DNA from: Octopus bimaculoides
Taxonomy: Eukaryota
DNA length: 63,677 nt
Assembly (NCBI RefSeq): GCF_001194135.2
Contig: NC_068984.1
Span: 76,474,758-76,538,434 of the forward strand
Direction of reading: 5' to 3'
Shown here: one piece after another, positions 1 through 12,322 of the stretch
How positions within the stretch are numbered: the stretch's first letter is position 1
How the letters are laid out: each line of letters opens with the position of its first letter
Translations under genes and position numbers: made by a program
Notes under the pieces: generated by a model
Database searches by the model: none
Told to the model about the DNA's origin: nothing
Seen by the model: the letters and a program-made list of their open reading frames with translations, nothing else

Positions 1-305
1 AGGTCTTCCTGGGCCTACCTCTTCCACGGGTTCCCTCAACTGTTAGGGTGTGGCACTTTTTCACGCAGCTATCCTCCTCCATTCTCACCACATGTCCATA
101 CCAGCGCAATCGTCTCTCTTTCACGCCACAACTGATGCTTCTAATGTTCAGCTTTTCTCTCAAGATACTTACACTCTGACGGGTATTCACATTGACATTA
201 CACATCCAACGGAGCATACTGGCTTCATTCCTTGCGAGCTTACGTATGTCCTCAGCAGTTACAGCCCATGTTTCACTGCCATGTAGCATGGTTGTTCGTA
301 CGCAT
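1..305 (-). mobile_element. RTE-clade LINE 3' ORF fragment (decayed)
   Basis: Reverse complement matches the C-terminal part of the RTE copy at ~35150-35460 (RLRWYGHV...[20 protein letters not shown]-like). Confidence 0.8.
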
Positions 306-604
306 GCGTCGCATATATATATATATCATCCTTATTTAACCTCCGTTTTCCAAGCTGGCATAGGTTGGACGGGAGCTGCACTTGGCTCCATTGTCTGTTT
401 TGGTATAGTTTCTAGAGCTGGATGTCCTTCCTAATGCCAACCACATTGCATCTAATTCCTGTTATGCCCAACTTTTCTCTCAATATCCTAGCACTCTGTC
501 ATGCATGTACACTGACATTGCACATCCAGCAAAGCATACTAGCTTCATTCCTTTCTAGTCCTTGCAACTCTGCATTCAAAGCCCATGCTCCACTACCATG
601 TAGT

Positions 605-1136
605 ATTGTTGTTTATACAATTGAAATCGAAAATTGAACCAAATTCATTGACTGGCACCCATGCCAACCTTCCTTCATTGGACACTAAACTCAGCTTGCG
701 AAGACTTGTTGGGGCAAGTGAGATCGAAACTGAACCAAATTCGATGACTTGGCACTCGTGCCACTGGAGCTTTCATGCCGTTGGCACGTGAAAAGCACCA
801 TTTGAGCGCGATCGTGTCCAGCTTTGCCTTACTGGCACTCGTGCTGGTGGCATGTGAACAAAATATTGGACTGACTCCTGTGCAGGTGGCACGTAAAAAA
901 CACCATTTGAGCGTGGTCGTTGCCAGTACCGCCAGACTGACCCTCATGCTGGTGGCACGTAAAAAGCACCCACTACACTCTCAGAGTGGTTGGCGTTAGG
1001 AAGGGCATACAGCTGTAGAAACTCTGCCAGATGAGATTGGAGTCTGGTGTAGCCATCTGGTTCACCAGTCCCCAGTCAAATCGTCCAACCCATGCTAGCA
1101 TGGAAAGCGGACGTTAAATGATGATGATGATGATGG
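605..1136 (+). mobile_element. RTE 3' UTR/tail copy (GGCACGT..AAAGCACC modules, TTAGGAAGGGCAT...GGACGTTAAA, (GAT)n tail)
   Basis: Same organisation as 35640-36177. Confidence 0.75.
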
Positions 1137-2051
1137 CAGTGCGTCATATATCCTTTCTTTCACTCAGAGAGAAAGAGACCTTTGGTTGCCAACAGTTAAA
1201 AGCTTTTAGAACTTTCTGCATCCTATTCCTATTCTAGCAATTACACTTTTGGTACATCCTCCTCCACTGCTTATTAGGTCACATAGGTAGCAGAAATTAT
1301 CTACTACTTCTAAAGAGCCTCCAGGGCATACGAGAAACTTCCTGTGTATCTGTAGGGTTTATGACTCCTGTGCATCTTCCTCATACAAACACTATTTTCT
1401 GTTAAATTTCCTTTTATTCCACTGCACCTCTTGTGTCTCCATAGCTTGCACTGGGTACACCATGTGGAATACCTGCCTACACCTTTCCTACATATTCAGT
1501 AGGGCCATTTACCTGAATGGGGTAGGGTCCTGTTTTTATATATATATATATTTATTTACACACACACATACAATGGCTTCTACACAGATTTTGTGTACCA
1601 AATTAAGTCACCAAGTGATTGGTTGACCTGGGGCTGTACTAAAAGACGCTTGCCCAAGGTGCCATGCAGCGTGACTGAACCTGAAACCACATGGTTGTAA
1701 AGTAAGCTTTCTAACTGCACAGTCTGCACCTATATCTTGTTGAAGATATGATAAATTCTCTAATGTTGGTGCTCCAATAAAATGCAGCCAGTACTTTCTG
1801 TAAGGTGATTGGTGATAGGAAACGAAGTCTAGCTGTAGAAATCAAGGCAAAAATACTATTTTATGAATGAGCAAGACATGGTTCTCCAACTTGTCTAGGA
1901 GATAAGTAACTTCAAATAAGAATTGACTTGATCTGTGACAACCAGTCTGACTCATGCCAACAAAAAAAAATGAATGTAAAATGGCTGTATTGATGATAGT
2001 GCCTATTATTAGTATACATGAGCTGCCTGGTGACATTCAACTATTTAGTTC

Positions 2052-2229
2052 ATTATTTCTTTACTGCCCACAAGGGACTACACACAGAGGGGACAGACAA
2101 ACGGATTAAGTCGATGCTGGTACTTATTTACTCGACCTCGGCAGAATTTGAACTCAGAACATAGCGGCAGATGAGATACCGCTAAGCATTTCGCCCGGCG
2201 TGCTAATGTTTCTGCCAGCTCGCCGCCTT
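2052..2229 (-). mobile_element. SINE family B (head AAGGCGGCGAGCTGGCAGAA...GAGTTCAAATTC), internally deleted
   Basis: Matches copies at 19991-20220 and 46517-46735. Confidence 0.75.
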
Positions 2230-2501
2230 TTATCAACTATTTAGTTTCTCTGCTTCTGGTCTTTTTCTTGAGAGAATTTGGTTTAATATTTGCAAATACT
2301 TTATATATTTCGTATGCATACATTTGCAGTAGAGAAAGCATTTTATTGGAAGATAACCAACCTTGAAATATTATCATTGCATAAGATTGTGAGCTTGTCT
2401 GAAATATTTTATGAAAGTGTATACTAACCATATGAAAACAGAATCTTTAAGAATATGAAAATGTTGAAATTCAAATGTTCATTTCTTTTTTCTCATTTCA
2501 G

Positions 2502-2795
2502 CACATTTCAATTATAAGGTCTGGTTTCCCATTGGCAACCGCCGAAAAGGGTTAAAACATCAACGACTGAAAGCGTGAAGATTAAAAAAAAAAGAAGTGC
2601 CCAATCCTCAAAAACTAGCACACACTGCACATCTGAGGATTGTCAGGAGTCTCCAGTAGATAAAGGAAGGCTTCGACTGGGATAGAAAGACAAATAATTA
2701 CTTACTACTGTCTGCCTGTCCTCTTTGAAAGAATCAACATCACTTTTGGCAAAACAATGTCTAACTCAAGGAAAACAACTAGTCCTCAGTGGAAG
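2502..2795 (+). CDS. CSDE1: CSDE1 coding exon 1: 5' UTR 2502-2756 plus [13 protein letters not shown] (2757-2795)
   Basis: Pyrimidine tract and CAG ending 2501; AAAACAATG context; in-frame upstream TAA at 2661; donor AAG|GTTAGT; phase 0 matches the next exon. Confidence 0.8.
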
Positions 2796-5688
2796 GTTAG
2801 TCAAACTACCTCTCCAAACAGTTTTTTCACCTTTTTTATATTCCTCTCTCTCGTGCTCTCTCTCACTCACACACTGTTTTGACTATTTTTTCTTGATTTA
2901 ACCCTTTAACCATGAAATTAAATGTCATGTTAAATATCTACTGAAAAATATAATTGATACTTTCAGCAAGTCATGTTGTCTTAGTAAACTTAATGTATCT
3001 CAATAGAACATAGTTTCAAGCATGACATTCCTTAACAAAAGATAGATTGGTATATAAAATTGCTTTCTGCAGTTAAGCGTAATGAAATTTTGAGTGGACA
3101 TATCTGATATCTGCTGTAAAATATTTAATGTTAATCTTCAGTGTATGATAACAGATGGATTAGAATTTGAGATCAATTGATAACCTTTTAGAACATTTCT
3201 ACCACATTAAGGAACTTAACAGATTCATGAGCCAGTAAGCAACAGTCTCTATGAGATTGCTTGACATGCTAGAAATGGAAGCAAATTCTTATTCAAACCA
3301 CTGTATTGTCTTAAAAAAGGACACAGGATAATGCAGTTAGGAGTACATATAGAATTTATCCTGAGTACACTGTTCTTGAAAAAAAAATCCTGGATGGTCA
3401 AGGTTTGAATGTCTTTGAGCTTAGATGAGGTTGAAATGGTGCTAAACAATAATTCTTTGTATTGGAAATGTCATTAATTGGTTAAAAAATTTATACACTG
3501 TCTGGAATATCCCTATTAATGAAACCTGATATTGAAAATAGTTTTCTGGCATTGCAATTACTGTTGATGGTAGGATGGAGCATGTTTATGGTTAATAAAG
3601 GGATTCTCTAATTTTTCATAGCATGTAGAAAGGAAATATTTTGTATTGTAATAGTATCCAGTATAATTAAAAATGAAATAGTTTCTCTTAATATTATTCA
3701 TCAATGTTTGTAAAACCATTTTTGTGAGCTATTGAGGGCACTATTGAGTGGTCAATCCAAATTTCCCTCAAATTGCATGCTACTCTTTTGGAAAAGTAGG
3801 CACACATTGGATATGCAAGCTCCAGAGAAAGCTAGGATACTTATAGCAGCATTATTCCATCTTTGTTCATAAGTTGGTTCACTCTGGGCTGACTTGGGGT
3901 TAATTATCAACAACAATTTTTGTGAATGAAAATCATTTATTTCTCTATATTATCACAATTTCTTGGACATCTGCTGAAGAAAATTTCCTAAATTTAAGTT
4001 CTAAACATTCTTCTGTTATGTGTCTGAAATGGAGTGTAGCATATCTGTGAAGTATGTATATTGACAAGGTATGACCTGCCACAACCATGGGAAAAAAAAT
4101 TAACCTTATTTTTTTTCTCTTGAATGTACAATTCTATCATAGTAGTTCTTTTGGTTATGTGTTAGGGAAATGGTTCAGTAGTTGAGCTGTTCATTGACAC
4201 ACCGTCTCATTAGTTCATTTTGTGAGATCTGAGTAGAAGCTACTTATTAGAAATGATTTTGTTCAATCCTAGATAAAACTGATTAGAGATCTGAGTAGAG
4301 TCTACTTATTAGAAATGATTTTGTTCAATCCTAGATAGGACTGATTAAGTAGATCTATAATCAAAGGCATTCTAGTCATGACCATCCTGTCTTTTATTTA
4401 GAAACTGATTATCTTGGATGCATTATTCTGTGTTCTTTATTATGATAATAGGGTATGATTGGAGATTTTGCTGCTGTTTCTAGTAGTTTGTGTAGCCATA
4501 TGGAGCTTCCTTCTATAGCTCTACAGCTCTTTAGAAATTACATAATATGATACAGTAGTGTGAAAGAAAGCCTGTTAAATGAAGAAGGATAAATTTATGG
4601 ATTAAAACTTCATATAAAATGTCCTTTTCATTTTCTATTGCAGAATTTCCAGCCGCCAGCTCAGAATCCCTCCATTCTTTATAGCCAGAGAACACCAACT
4701 ACAAACAATTCAATTGCTACTTCACCTAACGGCACAAGTAATGGAGTTCGACAAACTGGCTTTGTGGAAAAATTACTGGTAAGTATTAATTTATACCTCT
4801 TTAAACTTTATTTAGGTGCAGGAATGGCTGTGTGACAAGAACCTTGCTTCCCAACCACATGGTTCCTGGTTCAATCTCACTGCTTGGCACCTTGGGCAAG
4901 TGTATTCTACTATAGTATTCAGTTGGTCAAAGTACCTTGTGAGTGGATTTGGTAGATGGAAACTGAAAGAAGCCTGTTGTATGTGTGTGATTGTTTCTGT
5001 TTGTCCCCCACCACTGCTTGACAACCAGTGTTGGTGTGTTTGCATCCCTGTAACTTAGTGGTTCACCAAAAAAAAAAAACCCCAAAAAAAACGATAAAAT
5101 AAGTACCAGGCTTAAAAAGAAAGAAGTTCTGGAGGTCGATTCGTTTGACTAAAAATTCTTCAAGGCCCCAGCATGGCTGTAGTCTAATGACTGAAACAAG
5201 TAAAAGAGCACCCTGTATTGAACATTTGATTCAATTTTTCAAGAATTACGACTGTCGGTAATATCTTCCTGAACATCAAAGTGTAAAAGTTGGATTTGAA
5301 TTAATCATTAATCTGGAAGGAATTGGATACAAAACTGTATGAAAAGTTTAACAATAATCAAACAGAAGCATGATTATTTAGGTACAAAATGTATGAAAGA
5401 GTACCTATATTTAGGTATAATATTTAAAATAACTTTCAGGAGAGAAACGATCTAAAGTGCAGTTGGGTCATATACTCAAATAGTTGAACACAACTATTTG
5501 TTTCTTGGGTGCAAGCATTTGGATCTAGTGTTTTATTTCCATGCTAGCGTGGCTTACATGAGAATTGATTTGGTGACTGGATTCTTTTAGGTAAGGGATA
5601 TTTTACATTCCACAGGTCTTAATATTAACAAGGAACATCAACATCACCACCACCACCACCACACTCAGACAGTAAGAAGTGAAATATC

Positions 5689-5735
<47 letters not shown>

Positions 5736-8347
5736 TGGGCTTAGTACAGTTTCCATCGACCAAATTTATTCACAAGGCATTAGTTAGACTATAGTAGAAG
5801 ATAACATGCCCAAGGTGCTGTGCAGTGGCACTGAACCCCAAACCATTTGTTTGCAAAGTAAACTTCTTACCTACTTTGCCATGTCTGCACTGTGACTGTA
5901 TGTTTAAAAAACAAAAATGTCTTCCATCCTCTCAGTCAATGCAGATCACTTCAAATTTCTGGTTATTTCATTAAACCAACTGTAAGTCAGAGGTGGGGGT
6001 GGGGTTCTGTTGGCAAAAGCTTACTTTTAGTAATTTATTTGGCATTGTTTTAGATCCTTATATAGACTGGAATTTCCCCATCTTAAATGTATTTTACTTG
6101 TACTAAACCACGTCCTCTATGCATTCTTATATCATATATTTGTAAACTAAGGCTATAAATACTTGTCTTTTCTGCAGTAGTTGGCAGACTATTATGCTTT
6201 TCATTATGAATTTAGATTTGATTTGTAAATATCTACATTTATAAATTTTTACTTGAATTTAGCTCCCCCCCTCTCTTTCCCTCTCTCTCTCCCTCCCTCT
6301 CTCTCTCTCTCTTTATCATTGTGGTGGTGATGGTGGTGGAACATTGGCAAAAATAGTTGATGCTAGACTTAGAGGGTCTTGCAGTGTTTATGGACAGAAA
6401 ATGATGAGGTGATTGGAGAATAAATGTATAATTATTGCTTTAAAATAAGATTAAATTATATTTCAAGAGAAGATGTAATGTTTCGGGTAGAACCCTTCTT
6501 CAAATATTATTTGCTATTTTTTTTCCCTTTTTTGCTATTATAGATGATTACTAGTTTAATTTTTTCCTTGTTGTTGTTGCTTAAGGCAGTAAGAAGGCAG
6601 AATGATTAGCATGCTGGACAAAATATTTAGCGGCATTTTGTCAGTGTTTACATTCTGAGCTCACATTCTTCCGAGGTTGACTTTGCCTTCCGTCATCACA
6701 GGGTTCATAAAATAAGAACCAGTCAAGTATGGGGTTGATGTAATTGACTTCCCCTCCATTCAAAAACTGTTGGCTCTGTGCCAAAGTTAGTAACCATTAT
6801 TGTTGTTGTTTAGCTTCAGGTTAGCTCTGATTGAATAGACCTATGAATAAAAGTGTTCTAGCTGTGAGCATCCTCTTTATTTTTCTCCTTTTTTTTCTTT
6901 TTTTGCGAGATATCATCATCGTTGTTTAACATCTGCTTTCCATGCTGGCATGGGTTGGACAGTTTGATCGAGGACTGGTGAGCCAGAAGGCTGCACCAGG
7001 CTCCAGTCTGATCTGGCAAAGTTTCTACAGCTGGATGCCCTTCCTAATGCCAGCCACTCTGAGAGTGTAGTGGGTGCTTTTACATGCCACCGGCACCGAT
7101 TTGAGGGAAATTTGGCTGCTATTTTTTAGAAGTTAACATACCGTTCAGAGACTCCTTCATCAGTTTGTTTAGTGGAAAATAATTGTTGAGGATAGCAACA
7201 TATATAACAAATTAATTAAGTTTTATAATTTTTGCATCAATGTTTAAAAAAAAAAAAATTAAATCATAGCTGCTGCCCTTTCGCCTCTAAGTCTTATTAG
7301 AAAAAGTAACAGGTATTATTTCATATTGTAGTAATGGTGGTGAGCTGACAGAATCATTAGCTTACAGGGCGAAATACTTGGTAGCATTTCATCTGTCCTT
7401 ACGTTCTGAGTTCAAATTCTGTTGAGGNNNNNNNNNNTAGATACAAAAAGATAGCTCATATCCTTAGATACAAAACTGTATGAAAAGTTTAACAATAATC
7501 AAACAAAAGTATATTTATTTAGGTACAAAATGTATGAAAGAGTACCTATATTTAGGTATAGTATTTAAAATAACTTTCAAGAGTGCAGTTGAGTCATATA
7601 CTCAAATAGTTGAACACAACTATTTGTCTCTTGGGTGCAAGCATTTGGACCTAGTGTTTGTTCTAAGGATAATTTGTTACTTTGGTGTGCTGCTGGCTGT
7701 AATCCACAAGTCATGGCTTCTTTTGCCCCCCCCCCCCCAGCCTTGGAGGCTCTGCAAAAAAAAAAATTAAATCATAGCTGCTGCCCTTTCGCCTCTAAGT
7801 CTTATTAGAAAAAGTAACAGGTATTATTTCATATTGTAGTAATGGTGGTGAGCTGACAGAATCATTAGCTTACAGGGCGAAATACTTGGTAGCATTTCAT
7901 CTGTCCTTACGTTCTGAGTTCAAATTCTGTTGAGGTTGACTTTGTCATTTATCCTTTTGGGGTTGATAAGATAAGTCCCATTTTGAGCACTAGGGTTGAT
8001 GTAATCGACTTTACCAGCTTCCCTGGAATTGCTGGTCTTGTGCCAAAATTTGAAACTAATATTTAACTCTTGCCATTTGAAAAAAAGACTGTATTTCTAT
8101 GATTCTAATTTTCTTTTGTCTCTTCAGCATTCCTATGGTTTTATTCAGTGTAACGAAAGAGAGTCAAGAGTTTTCTTTCACTTCAGTGAATACAGTGGTA
8201 ATGCGGAAAATGTCAAAGTTGGAGGTAAGCTGATGCTTTCTATTTTATTTCAATGATGTTTTATTTCAATGATGTTTTGGCTTATAAATATTAACAAACA
8301 CTATGCCTTAACTCAACTGCAATGCAGTGTACAGAACTACATCAAAT

Positions 8348-8386
<39 letters not shown>

Positions 8387-11300
8387 AAAACTATGTATTA
8401 TGAACTTTGGGAAGATGAATGGCTCTGTTTACCGTTGACAGTTCTCACTTTTAGCCTATTACCTGAAAGTTTCTACCATAGAATCAGCTGCCATCTCTAA
8501 CCATGGTTTTGGTACGTTATGATATATAAATAATTTTTTTTATAACTCCTTTTATCAGGTCATCCCATAAGAACTTATGGGATGACCTGGTAATTTAGAA
8601 TTTTGTACAATTTTCAATATTAAGTATGGAGTAATTGCTGCATGGAGTTGTTGAAACATCTTGGTTTGAAAATATAGCGTATTATTTGTTTATGTACTTG
8701 CATCATTTAAACAATGATTAGTGAAAAGACATATGCAAATGATTAAATGTTTGAGATGAAATGCTAATATGATTATAATTTTTCAGATTATTTAATCATA
8801 TCTTTGAGCATGTTTTTCCAATATTTGTATATATACTACGGTTTTATCACTGATTGTGATCAGATGCCTTATTCTTCTATGGTATTAGACTAAGTTGAGC
8901 TAGAAATTATTATTTCTAAATGAAGGTTAATAACATTCTAACCACTAGGAAGATTGTAACCCTATATAAGCCAGTGACCTACTGGATAATGATATCCTTT
9001 CTCTTAGTTTAAAGATAAACGTTAGCTACTCAAATTGTTAGGAAGAAATTGTTGGACTAACTGCAAACCATGATATTTTTTTGACGATTATCAATACATG
9101 GAGAATGAAGTGGTTGGTTGTGTAACATTATGCCATGACTCTTTAACCCCAGAGAATATGGTCCATGTGTCGAGAAGCTCATGATAAATGAAGTATAGAA
9201 AGTTTATGTAGATGGTAGTTGAGTAACACCACTTTATGAAGAGGGAAGAAGATGGTAGAAACTTGAGGATAGTTGTTGACTCGGTAAAGGTAAAGTGTGA
9301 GGGTTGTGTATCATGTTGTGTACTTACTGTCACTGTAGGTTATGAGTGCTAATAGTTTGGGTTCAGATACAGTCTGGGATTATGTATACATCCAAAAATT
9401 ATATCTGTTAACTATTTGAGATAAAATTTATCGGAATGTAATGAATGAATTTATCGAAAGATGAGGATAACTATATTCTAGGAATTATAACCTTATCAAC
9501 TCATTTTAATAATTTGGATTTAAAAATATCAAAACTGAAAAGCTTGTGGTTAATTTCTTTAATTTCTTAAAGCTATTCATTTTCCATTTCTTTATGTAGA
9601 TCCTGTTGAGTTTCAGTTGTCGTATGATCGACGAACTGGGAAGCGGATTGCATGTTCTGTGATAAAAATTGACCCTGGCGTATCCTCTCAAGAAATTTTA
9701 AGTGAGGAACGTTTTCAAGGCTCTATAGTTCAAGAAGCAAAACCAGTTAAAGCCAAAAATGTAAGTTTATTCTTTTGAGTTTTTATAGTTTATTGCATGG
9801 AAATGGTACAAGTTTTATTTGTATAATAAATGTTATTTATATAATAATTGAATGAAATTCGTTTTACAACCATGTATCTTTGAGTTCAGTCCCACTGCAT
9901 AGTACTGTTGGCAAGGGTTTTCTATTATATTCCTGTGTTGATCAGTGAATTTGGTAGATGGAAACTAAGAAGCCTGTCATATGTGATCGAAAATAGTCAC
10001 TGTTCATCAGTGTTATTTGTTTACAACTGTCCCTGTAAATATGTTCTGATCATTGATTCTTTGCTATTTGAAGGATAAGAGAAAATATCTTGCTTGGAAA
10101 CAGGTTAAGGGTTAATGACAGAAAGAGCATCAGGCTGTAAAAACCTGCTTCAAATGTTTTGTCTGACCCTGCAGATGCGGAAAAGTGGATGTTATGATGA
10201 TGATAATTCAAACCTTTTAACAAGCAATAACAAAAATTTTTGTATAACGCAACATGTCTTTGTGGATAACCATTTAATTGAACATATTTTTTGTGTGTGT
10301 TTGTTTTCTCTACCATTTCCACTTATTGCTTTACACTCAAAAGTGTAGTAAGAACAAACTTTTACCTGATAATGTAATATCATCATCATCATCATCATCA
10401 TCATCGTTTAACATCCACTTTCTTGGACAAATACTGAAAGGTAGTTTACTTAAAAAAGATCCCACTGATTTATTGTTTTATAATTAGGGACAGGATAGAC
10501 CTTCAATGACTGCTTTGGGAATCTGCTTGTGACATCTATATTTTTGGCAAGAATAGCCTGTAAAGTCTATGGTTCCAAGCTTACATTGAAATCTATAATC
10601 TATGCAGCAACCAAGCACCATATTGCATATTAAATTTAAATGTTTTATTTTATAGTTGTTTCTGGAAAGCCTTATTTAAATGCTTCACTTTTGTTATAGG
10701 GCACAGTGTCAGGAAATCAGGATGGGCTTGGTAGAGTCACGTATCTACACAATGGAGAATGTTTTTTCCTTCCTTATGGCTTAGAAGATGTAATTGATGG
10801 TTCTTCGAAATTGAAAGCTGGAGATCAAGTCAGATTTTATATTGCTTCTGATAAAAGGTGAGTTGAACAGTGACTATATTGAAGTTATGGAGAGTCTCCT
10901 GCCTTTTTGATTAAGTCATTTGAAATCATTGTCCATATAGCCATTGTGTGGTTTAGCAAGACTCTGGACTTCAATATGTTTCTTTGTTGGTTTTGGTGGA
11001 ATGTACTATTTACATTGTAATTGGTCCAGTAACCAATCTTTGTTAAGTGTGGGCTTCAGCTGCCTGAAAACCATTTTTCTATTTAGCCGTGAAATACTGT
11101 ATATGACCTTAAACTTGAGATTGTCTTTTGGGAGATTTATAGATATGTTGCCAAGCTCGAAATAAATTCTTAAAACTAGGAAATGTTCTCTTTAAATTAG
11201 GTTGATGACCTGATGCACTAGTTTACTCCCATCACAATTATGATGCATTTGATAAAGGCTTTTGCCCTCTTATCACTTGTATCATACTATTTTCTGTTAA

Positions 11301-12283
11301 CATGATGTTTCAAATGTCTTGCAAATTTATGACTGCTTTTGCCATAATTTTACATAAATATACAAAGTATGTTTATAAAAATCTACTTTTGCCTTATCGC
11401 TTTGTGCCAAGGAATTGTAAATGTTTATACAGCATGAAGTCATTTTTTAGTATTTTTATAATTTTCTATGTCACTTTTTACTACCACTGAAATCAGAAAT
11501 AGTAATGTGTGTGTTATCTTAGGTAAAATCAAAATAGTATCCCTCTGCTTTTCCACAATCTGTGTGTGTGTGAGTGAGAGAGAGAGAGAGGGCGGGGGGA
11601 CTCAATCCTTTATGAAAATTAGTGTCTGTCAATTAAATAGCAGGTATCATTTTTAAAATTAGAAGTAAGTAACATAAAATATGATGTTAGTAGATTTATC
11701 AGTCTTTACTAGTCTTGTAATCGTTTATCTGAATGTTAAATATATTCTGCAAATTTTTCTATCAAAATTATTTCAGAAATGGTAACATTAGAGCTCGAAG
11801 ACTTGAAAGTGTCATGGTGCAAAATCAAGAGAAATATCAAGGTGTCGTTTGTTCGATGAAAGAGAACTTTGGCTTCATAGAGCGTTCTGATGTTGTGAAA
11901 GAAATATTTTTCCACTACAGTGAATATAAAGGCGATATCAGTGAACTGCTTCTTGGAGATGACGTAGAATTTCAAATTCAGTCAAGAAGTGTAAGTTGGA
12001 CTTTTTTTTTTAATCTTCAATGACTAACTAAACAAATTATAAGTTGTTTTTAATGCGTTACTTGGATATTAAATACATGGCTTTAACTTCATTCAGAATG
12101 TTACCTTATATAGGTGTAGGAGTGGCTGTGTGGTAAGTAGCTTGCTTACCAACCACATGATGCTGGGTTCAGTCCCACTGCATGGCACTTTGGGCAAGTG
12201 TCTTCTACTATAACCTCGGGCTGACCAAAGCCTTGTTAGAGGATTTGGTAGATGGAAACTGAAAGAAGCCCATTGTATATATT

Positions 12284-12322
<39 letters not shown>

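Noticed and set aside
5548-5590. 43-nt PTC-containing exon-like segment (CTAG|...TAG|GTAAGG)
   Set aside because: The acceptor region resembles a decayed antisense RTE tail (TTTCCATGCTAGC) and may be absent from an alternative haplotype; too weak to call a poison exon
7251-7935. Exact ~177-nt direct repeat (7251-7427 and 7759-7935) around a 10-N gap
   Set aside because: Perfect identity ending exactly at the gap is typical of a contig-overlap artefact
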